From a virus: 64,000 bases of DNA. Numbering within the stretch: the stretch's first letter is position 1; each line of letters opens with the position of its first letter. The stretch is taken from positions 41,410 to 105,409 of the IMG/VR virus record IMGVR_UViG_3300035698_006717. One strand, 5' to 3'. The notes beneath the pieces are model-generated. The model was not told where the DNA came from. It saw only the letters and a list, made by a program, of their open reading frames with translations, and did not search any database. Of this stretch, positions 30,454-39,616 are shown piece after piece. The translations under genes were made by a program, and so were the position numbers.

Positions 30454-31536
30454 TTACGAAGTCGCCCTTGGCGATTTGGGCCGAACGACGTGAGCCGTAA
30501 CATTTCTCTTTTGTTCCGCCTTATCAGGATAAGTCTTTTGGTTCTTCACAATAGATTTGGTTTGTACCCGTCTATTCTTTACTAAAATTCTAAAATACGG
30601 GCACTTTCCATTGATTGATAGATCCTTTTCATCATTCCCTTTTCTGAACTTAACTATTTCAAATTGCTTTGGATTGAACTTATGGAGAAATGTTATTGGC
30701 ACACCTATAAACCCTTTGTAGTCTGATGGTATATCCTTTGTCTTATTAACATTTATACCATCATAGTTGTCATACTTGGGATATTGAGCTTCATTTCCGT
30801 AGTATCTTTTGGTGAGTGGAATATCTTCGTGCCGTTTAAACGTATCTAAGTTAGTCAACCATAGACAATTGTTTGGAGAAACGATTCTGTTCCCAAAACT
30901 ATCTATCCGAGCTTCTGTTCCATAAAGTTCATAGTGTTCGGGAACAATAAAACCAGAGACCCCTCTACCAATGTTTATTCCTAACCATGCTTTGTTTTCT
31001 TTTATAAGCTTGAAATCTTCCTTATAAGTTATTGCATTGATATTCCCAATTATCAAGAACTTTTTATGGTACTTGACCAATTGAGCTACGTATTCTCTGA
31101 ATAATGAAAATGGAGGGTTAGTAACTACAATGTCAGACTGTTTCAGTAGTTCAATGCTTTCTGAACAACGGAAGTCACCATCCCCAGCAAAGTGAATAAT
31201 GTCGGTTGAGCTTGGTTTGCTTCTTTCACCCTCCGTACCAGTATATTCAAAGTAGAAACCATTTTCATCTTCCGCGGTGTTAAACAAATCTCTTACTTGT
31301 TCCCTGTAACAAGCCGCTATCAATTTCTTGAGACCTAATTCCTCAAAGTTTGAAGCAAAGTAACTATAAAAGTTACTAATTTGAGGGTCATCGCAATTGC
31401 AAAAGACCACCTTGTCTTTAAAGTGGCTCTTATAATGCTTCAATTCACTTTCTATATCTGAAAGTTGCGTGTAGAACTCATCGCTTTTTGATTTCTTAGC
31501 TTTTTGTAATAATCTGTTTGTTGCTTTCCTTGTCAT
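30454..31536 (-). CDS. adenine-specific DNA methyltransferase, M.EcoRI family
   Basis: DEFYT, CNCDDP..SNF, GDGDFRC.E, VVTNPPFSLFREY, YPKYDNYD.INV, GVPITFL.K.NP.QFEI. Confidence 0.9.
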   Translation of the reverse strand: MTRKATNRLLQKAKKSKSDEFYTQLSDIESELKHYKSHFKDKVVFCNCDDPQISNFYSYFASNFEELGLKKLIAACYREQVRDLFNTAEDENGFYFEYTGTEGERSKPSSTDIIHFAGDGDFRCSESIELLKQSDIVVTNPPFSLFREYVAQLVKYHKKFLIIGNINAITYKEDFKLIKENKAWLGINIGRGVSGFIVPEHYELYGTEARIDSFGNRIVSPNNCLWLTNLDTFKRHEDIPLTKRYYGNEAQYPKYDNYDGINVNKTKDIPSDYKGFIGVPITFLHKFNPKQFEIVKFRKGNDEKDLSINGKCPYFRILVKNRRVQTKSIVKNQKTYPDKAEQKRNVTAHVVRPKSPRATS

Positions 31537-32453
31537 TTTTCTACCTGTCTCAATTCAAAGGGTTTTCTTATTCATTTGCCTCTAATGTGTAATGCGTCTT
31601 GGGCAGTACGCTTCATCCTACAGCAAGTGCGGTAGCTTGCAGAAGCCTGAACTATGTTAAATGATCTGTAAGGCTCTCACAACAAACCATACGAAGCCTC
31701 GATTCAAGAGCGGCAATTTTATCCTTTAGCTGTTGTACGTCTGTGGGCTGAGTACATTGTCCTTTAGGTGGCGGCGGACGCACACCTTTCGGACGAATGC
31801 CAACACCACCTTTTGATACTAAGCCTTCCGTAATATCGCTATGCATGCTTGCCACCTTTATAATAAATTTAAGAAGACCATTGCGTGTAACTTGTGCTAG
31901 GGTGTCATTTGATTTATTTCACAACCAGCAGCAGGTGGGTTAATCACTCCCCCTTGTTATGTACCCACTTGGAAAACCATTCAATGGCCTCGCGTTCACG
32001 CATACCAATTGTGTTCTCATCAATAAACCGCCTTGACAGTTCAAGGATAGTCTTCTCAGCCTCACTGTCGGTTGGTGCTGGTGCTTTAGCATCTTCTACG
32101 CACAGCGCACAAACCTGTATAGTCTCGTGCTTGACAATCCCGTGGGTAATACATCGTCTCATATTTATCGGCATCTCTCACTCCTCCTCTGTCTGAGTAT
32201 TGGCCCTGAACTGCTTGTACCTTGTTTGAAATATCTCATAGAACTCTTGGTGCCCCGATTTAAACAAAGCGCCATAAAGCTCACTCAGTAGCTCTACAGC
32301 CTCGCTCTCGGTGGGTGCTGGGGGAGGGGTGGTTAGCCGTTCTTTGATAAAATCCCACGCATCAAGCTCAAAACCTATTGATCCGCAAGCGATGATATTA
32401 CCAATTATCTCCTGTGCTAAGTCGATGTTCATTTCCATATAATCCCTCTCCCC

Positions 32454-32531
32454 CTACTGTGTTAAAACAACCCAAGTCAGATATGCACTGATGACACACC
32501 CTGAAACAAAGCCGCTAAGCCAATCCTTCAT
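32454..32531 (-). CDS. 25-aa hydrophobic microprotein (paralog 2)
   Basis: MKDWLSGFVSGCVISAYLTWVVLTQ; GAGGAGGAG RBS. Confidence 0.6.
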   Translation of the reverse strand: MKDWLSGFVSGCVISAYLTWVVLTQ

Positions 32532-32569
32532 CACTCCTCCTCTGTCTGAGTATTGGGTATGTAATCGCT

Positions 32570-32969
32570 ATTCGCCGCGCAGAACACATCCCACGGAATG
32601 GTTTCTTCTGGCGGGTCTCCAACCAGTATATGTACATTTACTTTCATTCTATTATGAATCCTCTCAGGATTACTCCATTAGTGAATTTAACATATGACTC
32701 TTCTCTATTGCCATGCCCACAACATGCAAAATCAACTCCAGGGAGTGTACCCAGACAAGCATCAGGGTCTCCTATCTTTCCACATTTCTTACATGGCACA
32801 TCAGTAACAGGATTCTTACTATCAGAGAATACCCAACCACCTAACGGAGAGATCTCAATCTCATGACCATGAAAATACCCTTTAGTCATACCGCTTCCTT
32901 ATTTAATTATGATTCGCCGCGCAGAACACATCCCACGGAATGGTTTCTTCTGGCGGGTCTCCAACCAGT
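32570..32969. repeat. 58-bp perfect direct repeat (32570-32627 and 32912-32969) flanking one gene
   Basis: ATTCGCCGCGCAGAACACATCCCACGGAATGGTTTCTTCTGGCGGGTCTCCAACCAGT twice. Confidence 0.95.
32644..32889 (-). CDS. Cys-rich hypothetical protein inserted between the 58-bp repeats
   Basis: PCKKCG...DACLG.LPGV..ACCGHG; own RBS AAGGAAG. Confidence 0.75.
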   Translation of the reverse strand: MTKGYFHGHEIEISPLGGWVFSDSKNPVTDVPCKKCGKIGDPDACLGTLPGVDFACCGHGNREESYVKFTNGVILRGFIIE

Positions 32970-33031
32970 TTTCGATACTCGTTCCTCGCCCACGAGTATG
33001 CCGTCAACACGCTTTCGTCCATATCATCCCC

Positions 33032-33106
33032 CTACTGTGTTAAAACAATCCATGTCAGAAGCGCACTGAACCACCCAGCAACAAAACCTACAAGCCAACT
33101 CTTCAT
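33032..33106 (-). CDS. 24-aa hydrophobic microprotein (paralog 3)
   Basis: MKSWLVGFVAGWFSALLTWIVLTQ; GAGGAGGAG RBS. Confidence 0.6.
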   Translation of the reverse strand: MKSWLVGFVAGWFSALLTWIVLTQ

Positions 33107-33938
33107 TCCCTCTCCTCCTCTGTCTGAGTGGTGGCATAGCGTTCTCCCAATAGTGCGGGTTTTCCTCTTGCCACGGATCGTTTGTCATAAGGTCTGCAAT
33201 GGCGAAAATGTTATCAGAGGTGTCCACAACTTTTACATCAAGAATGTCTTGAACTCTGTGCCATCGCTTCATCTCTCACCCTCCCTTGTTTTTCTGGTAA
33301 GCCACCCAACGGAAGAAGTCGTATTACAAGATGTTCTTCATCCGTCTATCGTTGCATTTCTTACACAAATATCTCTTGCGGTCGGCAAGCTGGCAGTCAC
33401 ACTTGGAAGAGTCAACCCACTTACCACACGAGTTTAGACGCTCTGTCTTTGAGCATAGAACGTTCTTGCATTTTCGTTCGTATACACGAATAACTGAGTA
33501 ATCCCAATCGTGTATCCCAATCATGCATCCTAGTGGCATCTCTCGCTCTCCTGTTATATGGCAATGGGCTATTGACAAAATAGCCCCCAACATACTTTTG
33601 GGTTAAATTGTTACTTCGTTGCCGTCAACTTCTTCACCATCTACCCTATCAACAGCTTCACATATTTCTTCAGTTTTAGCGTAATGGAAGCTGTCCAAAG
33701 GCTTAGATCCTTCACATGCTCTATTTGATTCATCACAGCCATCTTTGAAACCATCTACATATCTGTTCTTCTCTGCCTTTGAAAGATTGTGATCCCAGAT
33801 GCGATTTGTGATAGCAATTACTTCTTTGAAATTCATAGTAGCTCCTAATAGATTGTTTCAGTTTAAGTGGGTAGGAGGCCGCCGCCCCCTACCCTTCCCC
33901 ATCATCACACACAAAAGGGCAGTTCATAACGCTGCACT

Positions 33939-34223
33939 TTATTCTTTATGATTCTTGTTAGCATTAGCAAAGGCAAACCCTGCCCCGCTCATTAATCCAC
34001 CGCCAATAAGAATTTGTACCAACAGGCTAATCAGTTGAGATTTCTCAGCAGGAGTAATATCCAATCCTGCTCTATTTAGGAACAGTATCAAAGCACTCAC
34101 TACAGAGAAAGATATCACAGAATAGATTGCTCTCCTAATCCCCTTCTTCGCTGATATCTTTTTGTTTGACTTCTTGACTCTGTCCTTTGCTTCTCTCACC
34201 ATTTTTCTTGGATTGTAGTCCAT
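33939..34223 (-). CDS. two-TM membrane protein, possible holin
   Basis: Basic N-terminus, two hydrophobic segments, short charged C-terminus. Confidence 0.45.
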   Translation of the reverse strand: MDYNPRKMVREAKDRVKKSNKKISAKKGIRRAIYSVISFSVVSALILFLNRAGLDITPAEKSQLISLLVQILIGGGLMSGAGFAFANANKNHKE

Positions 34224-34456
34224 CTTTATTCCACAGTCCTTTTGCAATAAGATGATTAATCATTATAGCCTTCAACTTCGGCTTTTCTGGTGCTGGAGTA
34301 TTATTCCAGATTTTCTTTAAGTTGCCTTCCATCAAGTTACCTTTGGTTACCTTTTGGTAGGAAGTTACTTCTGTTTTTTTCTTTTTTGGATCTTTCAGTC
34401 TGGTAAGCTCTTCAGCACTAAGTCCACGAGTATGCTTTATGGCTTGCTCTGCATTA

Positions 34457-34753
34457 CTATAATCCTTTTGAGTAGTTGCATATAGATGGATTATCTTCAC
34501 CATTTCCTTTTTCATTTATCTGCTCCGTGATGTAATCGTGTATATCGGTTAATGTTTCAAAGTCGCAGAACTTACTTTGCGATATTTTAATTTTGTATTT
34601 ATCTTCAATATACTCAAGGAAGTCATCAGCATCACATCCGTCTATACCAGTTTCCTCAAGAGTACTATCTAGAGATATTTCTAATGCTGCTAGATGGCTA
34701 GGCATTAGACCTCTAATAGATCTAACAATCCAACTACCTATTTTTTGATCCAT
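34457..34753 (-). CDS. acyl carrier protein-like (phosphopantetheine Ser apparently absent)
   Basis: ISLDSTLEETGIDGCD...IEDKY.IKI.......TL.DI.DYI pattern; DGC instead of DSL. Confidence 0.6.
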   Translation of the reverse strand: MDQKIGSWIVRSIRGLMPSHLAALEISLDSTLEETGIDGCDADDFLEYIEDKYKIKISQSKFCDFETLTDIHDYITEQINEKGNGEDNPSICNYSKGL

Positions 34754-34870
34754 GTCATATCCTTTTCCATTAATAGTTACTTCCCGTTTTCTTTCGTAAT
34801 AGTAATATACTAAAACTTTACTTTGTAGAAAAGGTTTTTCTTATACCAGATCTACTCTCATATCAGTCAA

Positions 34871-35425
34871 CTATTCGTGCCACATCAGTTCAGAGTTTTT
34901 CTCAAGCTCTATGTGATAAGGGCCAATCTTATCAAAGTCCTTCTGGCACCATTTTATTCCATCAAGTGCGCTCTCATATCGTACAAATTCTGAGCAATAG
35001 TATTTATGAGGCTTATCCTTACATATATTATAGAACTCTAGTAGTCCTGCAACATCATATTCAAATCCAACGCAGTCAACCTTCACTCTATTATTAGACC
35101 GTTCTCTTAACTTCTGATGGTCATATTCTGGGAACCTTTTAACAGCAACTATACGTGGCTTGTTCCATTTACGTGTGGTATACTTATCAAAGAGGACAAT
35201 CCTTCCAGATGGCCATTTTAGCTCTGCAATCATCCACTTGCCATTCACCTTGACTATGAACCCAGCATGAGTAGATATTGCTCTATTAAACATATTCTTC
35301 CAACCAGCAGTTGCGTGACGCTTAAGAGTTTCCCAGCTGATAGGAAATCTACTAGCCGTCAGAACTATATCCATTTCCCTCATATTATATGCTTCAGGTA
35401 CAAACGCTCTTTTTTTCTTTCTCAT
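34871..35425 (-). CDS. permuted papain-like (NlpC/P60, YiiX-type) amidase/peptidase
   Basis: THAGF, YD, YYCSEFV motifs in permuted order. Confidence 0.75.
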   Translation of the reverse strand: MRKKKRAFVPEAYNMREMDIVLTASRFPISWETLKRHATAGWKNMFNRAISTHAGFIVKVNGKWMIAELKWPSGRIVLFDKYTTRKWNKPRIVAVKRFPEYDHQKLRERSNNRVKVDCVGFEYDVAGLLEFYNICKDKPHKYYCSEFVRYESALDGIKWCQKDFDKIGPYHIELEKNSELMWHE

Positions 35426-35426
35426 A

Positions 35427-36104
35427 TCACTCTCCTATGAAGTCTCTAGCATATACAGATTTGTGAGCATGCACACCGTCCTCAGTACCTATATGCTGAA
35501 CATATGAAGGCATAGTACAGTACATACTCCAATTTTGACTCCTAGCTTGCTTGCTCATGGTATACTCCCAACCACTTGGTTCGTGTAAAGTCTCTATGCA
35601 ATCTCTACAGAATTCCCTAGTGATTAGACAACCAAATATCCCAATACTTAATTTCTTCAGTACACGGATAGTCCCTTCATTATTAAGATTGATAGATTTA
35701 GATGCTTTGTGACCTTTATAATTGTATACTGATATTGCTCCAAGAAATTTATCCATAGCCTTAGATCTGTTGTACCTATCAATCAATACATTATACCATT
35801 CGCTATTAAATATCATATCAGAATTTAGATTGATAACGCCTTCTAAGTTTTTATGGATACTAAACATCTGAGCAAGAGAGTTCCTAGTTCTGCTTGAGCA
35901 GTTAGACCTAACTTGCATATTCATCTCAGCAGGAGGTATCTTCAGCTTAGATAGAATTTCCATTAGCTTAGTCTTATCATCAGATCCGTCATCAAATATG
36001 TACAAAGGTGGTAAGTTAGTAGATTTGTTTAGAGAGTCTATTGTCCTTTCTAATAGATCAAATCTATTACAAGTTATCAGTATTGCTGCAAAAGAAGGAG
36101 TCAT
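35427..36104 (-). CDS. glycosyltransferase, GT-A/GT2-like
   Basis: ITCNR...L..TI.SL, IFDDGS, NSD, VQHIG. Confidence 0.85.
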   Translation of the reverse strand: MTPSFAAILITCNRFDLLERTIDSLNKSTNLPPLYIFDDGSDDKTKLMEILSKLKIPPAEMNMQVRSNCSSRTRNSLAQMFSIHKNLEGVINLNSDMIFNSEWYNVLIDRYNRSKAMDKFLGAISVYNYKGHKASKSINLNNEGTIRVLKKLSIGIFGCLITREFCRDCIETLHEPSGWEYTMSKQARSQNWSMYCTMPSYVQHIGTEDGVHAHKSVYARDFIGE

Positions 36105-36925
36105 AACATCCCCAACATGTCTTTAATGTTTCTGATTACCACAGATACCTGCGGCTGCCAATTACAATCATCTAATACCCTACACTTAGTCCCAAATGGA
36201 TTCCAAGATTTTTCATAGCGGTGTTTGTTGTTTCCTTTTGCTCCACCCCATCTTCTGCTGTCAGTCCATACTAAATGTTTAGTTCCGCATAAACTGGCAA
36301 GATGCATAGGGCCGCTACTTGGGCCTATGACAAGCCTAGAACTAGCCATCATATCTGTTATAGTCTCCAAAGGCTTTCCCAAAAAGTTATCAGTATGAGG
36401 TATCCATACTGCATTCTTCTGAGTACCTATGCAAGCCATCTTTAACTTGCTCTTGAAGTATTCTGTAACTTCGTTCCATTTGGCTATAGGCCAATCTCTG
36501 TTCTGCGTCTTACGCTTATTGCAACTTCTTGCGTGTATTATTAGATCATACTTATCCTTCTTAGATTTGATTCCAAGTTTAAGGAAGTTCTGATCTTCAT
36601 GCCTCATAGCAGTAGTCTCTTTAGTAGGTCTGAACCATATTAGCTTACAACCTTTGTATTTATCTTGTATAAGTTTCCATTCTCTTTCTGAAAATCTTGG
36701 ATCACCTAATCCTCTAGTCATCCAACATTCGCAATTCTTATCATACTTAGAAGGAATAATCTCATCGGTAAAATCTTTGAATAGTAGTTCAGTACCAGGC
36801 AAAGTGGCAACAACTACTTTGTGATACTTATTGCTAGATGCTTCCATCCTACAACGTGCGTGGTACCTCATTAAGAGCCAACCGAACTCTCCTACCCAAG
36901 GCCCACATAGGAGTACTTTCTTCAT
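36101..36925 (-). CDS. glycosyltransferase, GT9 (heptosyltransferase)-like
   Basis: GEFGW, RDWP..KW, IGPSSGPMHLASLCG. Confidence 0.8.
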   Translation of the reverse strand: MKKVLLCGPWVGEFGWLLMRYHARCRMEASSNKYHKVVVATLPGTELLFKDFTDEIIPSKYDKNCECWMTRGLGDPRFSEREWKLIQDKYKGCKLIWFRPTKETTAMRHEDQNFLKLGIKSKKDKYDLIIHARSCNKRKTQNRDWPIAKWNEVTEYFKSKLKMACIGTQKNAVWIPHTDNFLGKPLETITDMMASSRLVIGPSSGPMHLASLCGTKHLVWTDSRRWGGAKGNNKHRYEKSWNPFGTKCRVLDDCNWQPQVSVVIRNIKDMLGML

Positions 36926-37909
36926 CTAACTGTTTCTCCATTTCTTAACAGTTTCAATAGCATTTACAATACCTTTGGCTGCAACTTCCAAAGACAAGTT
37001 CTCTAGATAGTATTCTCTAGGTGAAAAACTATCTATATTGTTAAGCATATAATCTACTGCATCCCATAAAGTATCCTCAGTTGCTATTATGCCAGTTTTA
37101 TCATTAATGTACTTTTCAGTCCAAAATCTTACGCTATCTAAAACAACTATAGGTAGATTACAAGCTAACATTTCAGGTATAACTCTAGGACAACTATCTA
37201 CAGAGGCTCTAGAACACACGATACCACACTTGCATTTAGAGTACTCCTTAGCTATATCTTTCCGTAGAACGCGGTGACATACCACATTTGTCGGCTTCTT
37301 ACAGGGTGATACGTTACCTAAGTTAAGTATATTAAGCCTACAACGTGCTGTAGAGTACACAAGCTCGTGTCCTTTTATCTTGTATTGGCTTCCGTTGGCA
37401 GGAAAGCATACGTCATATACCTTCTCGCGCTCATAGGGAACCATAATATTATCAGGAGCTGGCTTTATGAATAAGATTGCAGGAATATCTGGGAATAACT
37501 GTTTGCAATTAGTAACCTGAGAAACAGAATCTTGTAGTATCAAGTCATAATCTGTAAATCCTTTTTGAGGCAGATACCTCTTACCTGCTCCATAGTAAAC
37601 CTTGAAAGCATCTGGGAACCTCTTGAGAATTTTGTGGTATTCTGAGAAGCCGCCTCTACAGAATATAACATCTGGAGTAAAGTTCAAAGACCATTGCTTG
37701 AAATCTGGTACTCTAATTTCTGCAAAGTTATTTTTAAATTCATGATACCGATCACCTCCCCAATATGCTACAACTCCAGCATCTTTTGGGCCAACCATAG
37801 AATACAGAAGTTGAGTCCAAACATCATCACAATCTTCAACTTGGCTGAATATAGTTTCAGATGGATTCCTATCTGTAGGGTGCTTACCTCTAAGCATTAA
37901 ATAAATCAT
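36926..37909 (-). CDS. glycosyltransferase, GT-B/GT4-like
   Basis: KGHEL, DSCPRVIPEMLACNLPIV. Confidence 0.8.
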   Translation of the reverse strand: MIYLMLRGKHPTDRNPSETIFSQVEDCDDVWTQLLYSMVGPKDAGVVAYWGGDRYHEFKNNFAEIRVPDFKQWSLNFTPDVIFCRGGFSEYHKILKRFPDAFKVYYGAGKRYLPQKGFTDYDLILQDSVSQVTNCKQLFPDIPAILFIKPAPDNIMVPYEREKVYDVCFPANGSQYKIKGHELVYSTARCRLNILNLGNVSPCKKPTNVVCHRVLRKDIAKEYSKCKCGIVCSRASVDSCPRVIPEMLACNLPIVVLDSVRFWTEKYINDKTGIIATEDTLWDAVDYMLNNIDSFSPREYYLENLSLEVAAKGIVNAIETVKKWRNS

Positions 37910-38648
37910 GGTTCCCTCTTATCCTTGACTCAACAAGTGCTATATCTTCAACAACATCTACTGCGTGAGAATTAGTGTGCACTGGTAACATGTACACCTT
38001 ATACCCATTTTCCAAAGGTCTTAACATACAAATATCTTCTGCCTTCTCTATATAGCCTTTTTCACAGTCTCTGAATAGATCAATAATTGCCGCTCTCTTG
38101 AATACATAAACGCACACCTGCTTAAGAGGATTGCTATACACATTATTTCTATTATATGGTAACGGAGTCCTGCTCATATATATGAGTTCATTTATATGGT
38201 TGACTAATACATGTATGCAATTAGATGTACGGAAATACATATCATCTTTAACTGTAGTGTAACAATTCAGCAAGTGATAACTATTCCTTATTTCTTTGAA
38301 GGACATAATAGCATACTCTATAAGAGAAGTCTCAAGTATAGGTTCGTCACCTTGAACATTTACAATTATCTCCTCATCTAATTGCAATGCAGCTTCTGCT
38401 ACTGCTTCATTACCAGTAGTGTTATTACCAGTAGTCATTCTTGCTTCAACTCCACGCTCTCCCCAAAACCTTTCAACGTGAGATACTATCTCTGAATTAG
38501 GAGTAGCAACATACACATTAGTATCTTTTACTTTCAAGCAGTTCTCTATTACCATATCAATCATCATTTTACCATTTATAGCTGCAAATGGTTTCCTAGG
38601 GAAACGCTTGCTTTCTAACTGAGCTGGAATTACAATTGCAGTATCCAT
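37890..38648 (-). CDS. kdsB: CMP-KDO synthetase-like acylneuraminate/ulosonate cytidylyltransferase
   Basis: VIPA.L.SKRFP.KP.A.I.GK.MI, IVNVQGDEP, YMSR.PLP, AVDV.EDI. Confidence 0.88.
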   Translation of the reverse strand: MDTAIVIPAQLESKRFPRKPFAAINGKMMIDMVIENCLKVKDTNVYVATPNSEIVSHVERFWGERGVEARMTTGNNTTGNEAVAEAALQLDEEIIVNVQGDEPILETSLIEYAIMSFKEIRNSYHLLNCYTTVKDDMYFRTSNCIHVLVNHINELIYMSRTPLPYNRNNVYSNPLKQVCVYVFKRAAIIDLFRDCEKGYIEKAEDICMLRPLENGYKVYMLPVHTNSHAVDVVEDIALVESRIRGNHDLFNA

Positions 38649-39616
38649 TATACCACTCTATTCTTTAAAGGGTTGTCATTAAAGAAATCTATTAATGCTT
38701 TGGCAGCACCAGATTCCATATCTAGTCTACTCTGTTCAGTACAAGATCCAAGGTGAGGGGTAAGATAAGCATTCCCCATAGTAGCCAACTTATCTCTGTA
38801 AGGTTCTTCCATAAATGAATCAATAGCTACTGTGGCTTTAGGGGAATCATTAAGCCACATAAATAGATCCTCTTCATTTATTATACCGCCTCTTGACATA
38901 TTGAGTAGCCGTACATTATCCTTCATACTGTACAGTTCTTTTTTGGTCAGGTAATCATAATTGCTTATTATCTGATCCTCAAGAGGAATGTGAATAGTTA
39001 TAACATCACATTTTGCCAGTATATCTTGCTTGCTTGCTCTTTTCCATTCTGGCATAGGATTCAGAGTCCCAGTAAATTCTAAGTCGTGAACTAGCAAATC
39101 GCAGTCCATGCTATTTAGAATTTTGTATACTATTTTGCCAATACGCCCATAACCTATTATCCCAATTGTACAGTTCTTAAGCTCCCGCCCTATGTATCGG
39201 TTCCACTTGTCATTACTCATATCTTCGCTGACATTCTGTACCTTACGGAGCATATTTAGCATCTGACATATAGTAAGTTCTGCAACTGCGTTAGATGGAG
39301 CCTCTGGAGTATATGCTACCACTATACCGCGCCTCTTGCACTCATCCAAATCTACAGAATCTAATCCAATACCTACTCTTGATATTATCTGTAGATTCTT
39401 ACAAATATCTAAAGCCTCTATATCCCAATTTTCAGTACCTGCTATTACAGCAGCAGGGTTAGCTGACCTTAACTCTTGTAAGAATTCTTCCCTATTGTAT
39501 TTACGCTTTTGGGAGTTCATCTTGAAACAAGTAATGCCGCCATCCTGCAATATCTTGATAGGCTTTTTATTTGTATGCCCAAATGGGTAGGTAGTGATAA
39601 TTGTAGTAGCTATCAT
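38648..39616 (-). CDS. D-isomer 2-hydroxyacid (phosphoglycerate-like) dehydrogenase
   Basis: SRVGIGLDSVD, AVAELT, GIIGYGRIG, NMSRGG, TPHLGS. Confidence 0.92.
   Translation of the reverse strand: MIATTIITTYPFGHTNKKPIKILQDGGITCFKMNSQKRKYNREEFLQELRSANPAAVIAGTENWDIEALDICKNLQIISRVGIGLDSVDLDECKRRGIVVAYTPEAPSNAVAELTICQMLNMLRKVQNVSEDMSNDKWNRYIGRELKNCTIGIIGYGRIGKIVYKILNSMDCDLLVHDLEFTGTLNPMPEWKRASKQDILAKCDVITIHIPLEDQIISNYDYLTKKELYSMKDNVRLLNMSRGGIINEEDLFMWLNDSPKATVAIDSFMEEPYRDKLATMGNAYLTPHLGSCTEQSRLDMESGAAKALIDFFNDNPLKNRVV

Noticed and set aside
32570-32969. IS element or diversity-generating retroelement TR/VR pair
   Set aside because: Repeats are identical (no adenine-specific changes), there are no terminal inverted repeats, and no transposase or reverse transcriptase is in the window
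29501-33437. Plus-strand ORFs in the cassette region
   Set aside because: RBS motifs, gene coupling and attC polarity all favour the minus strand
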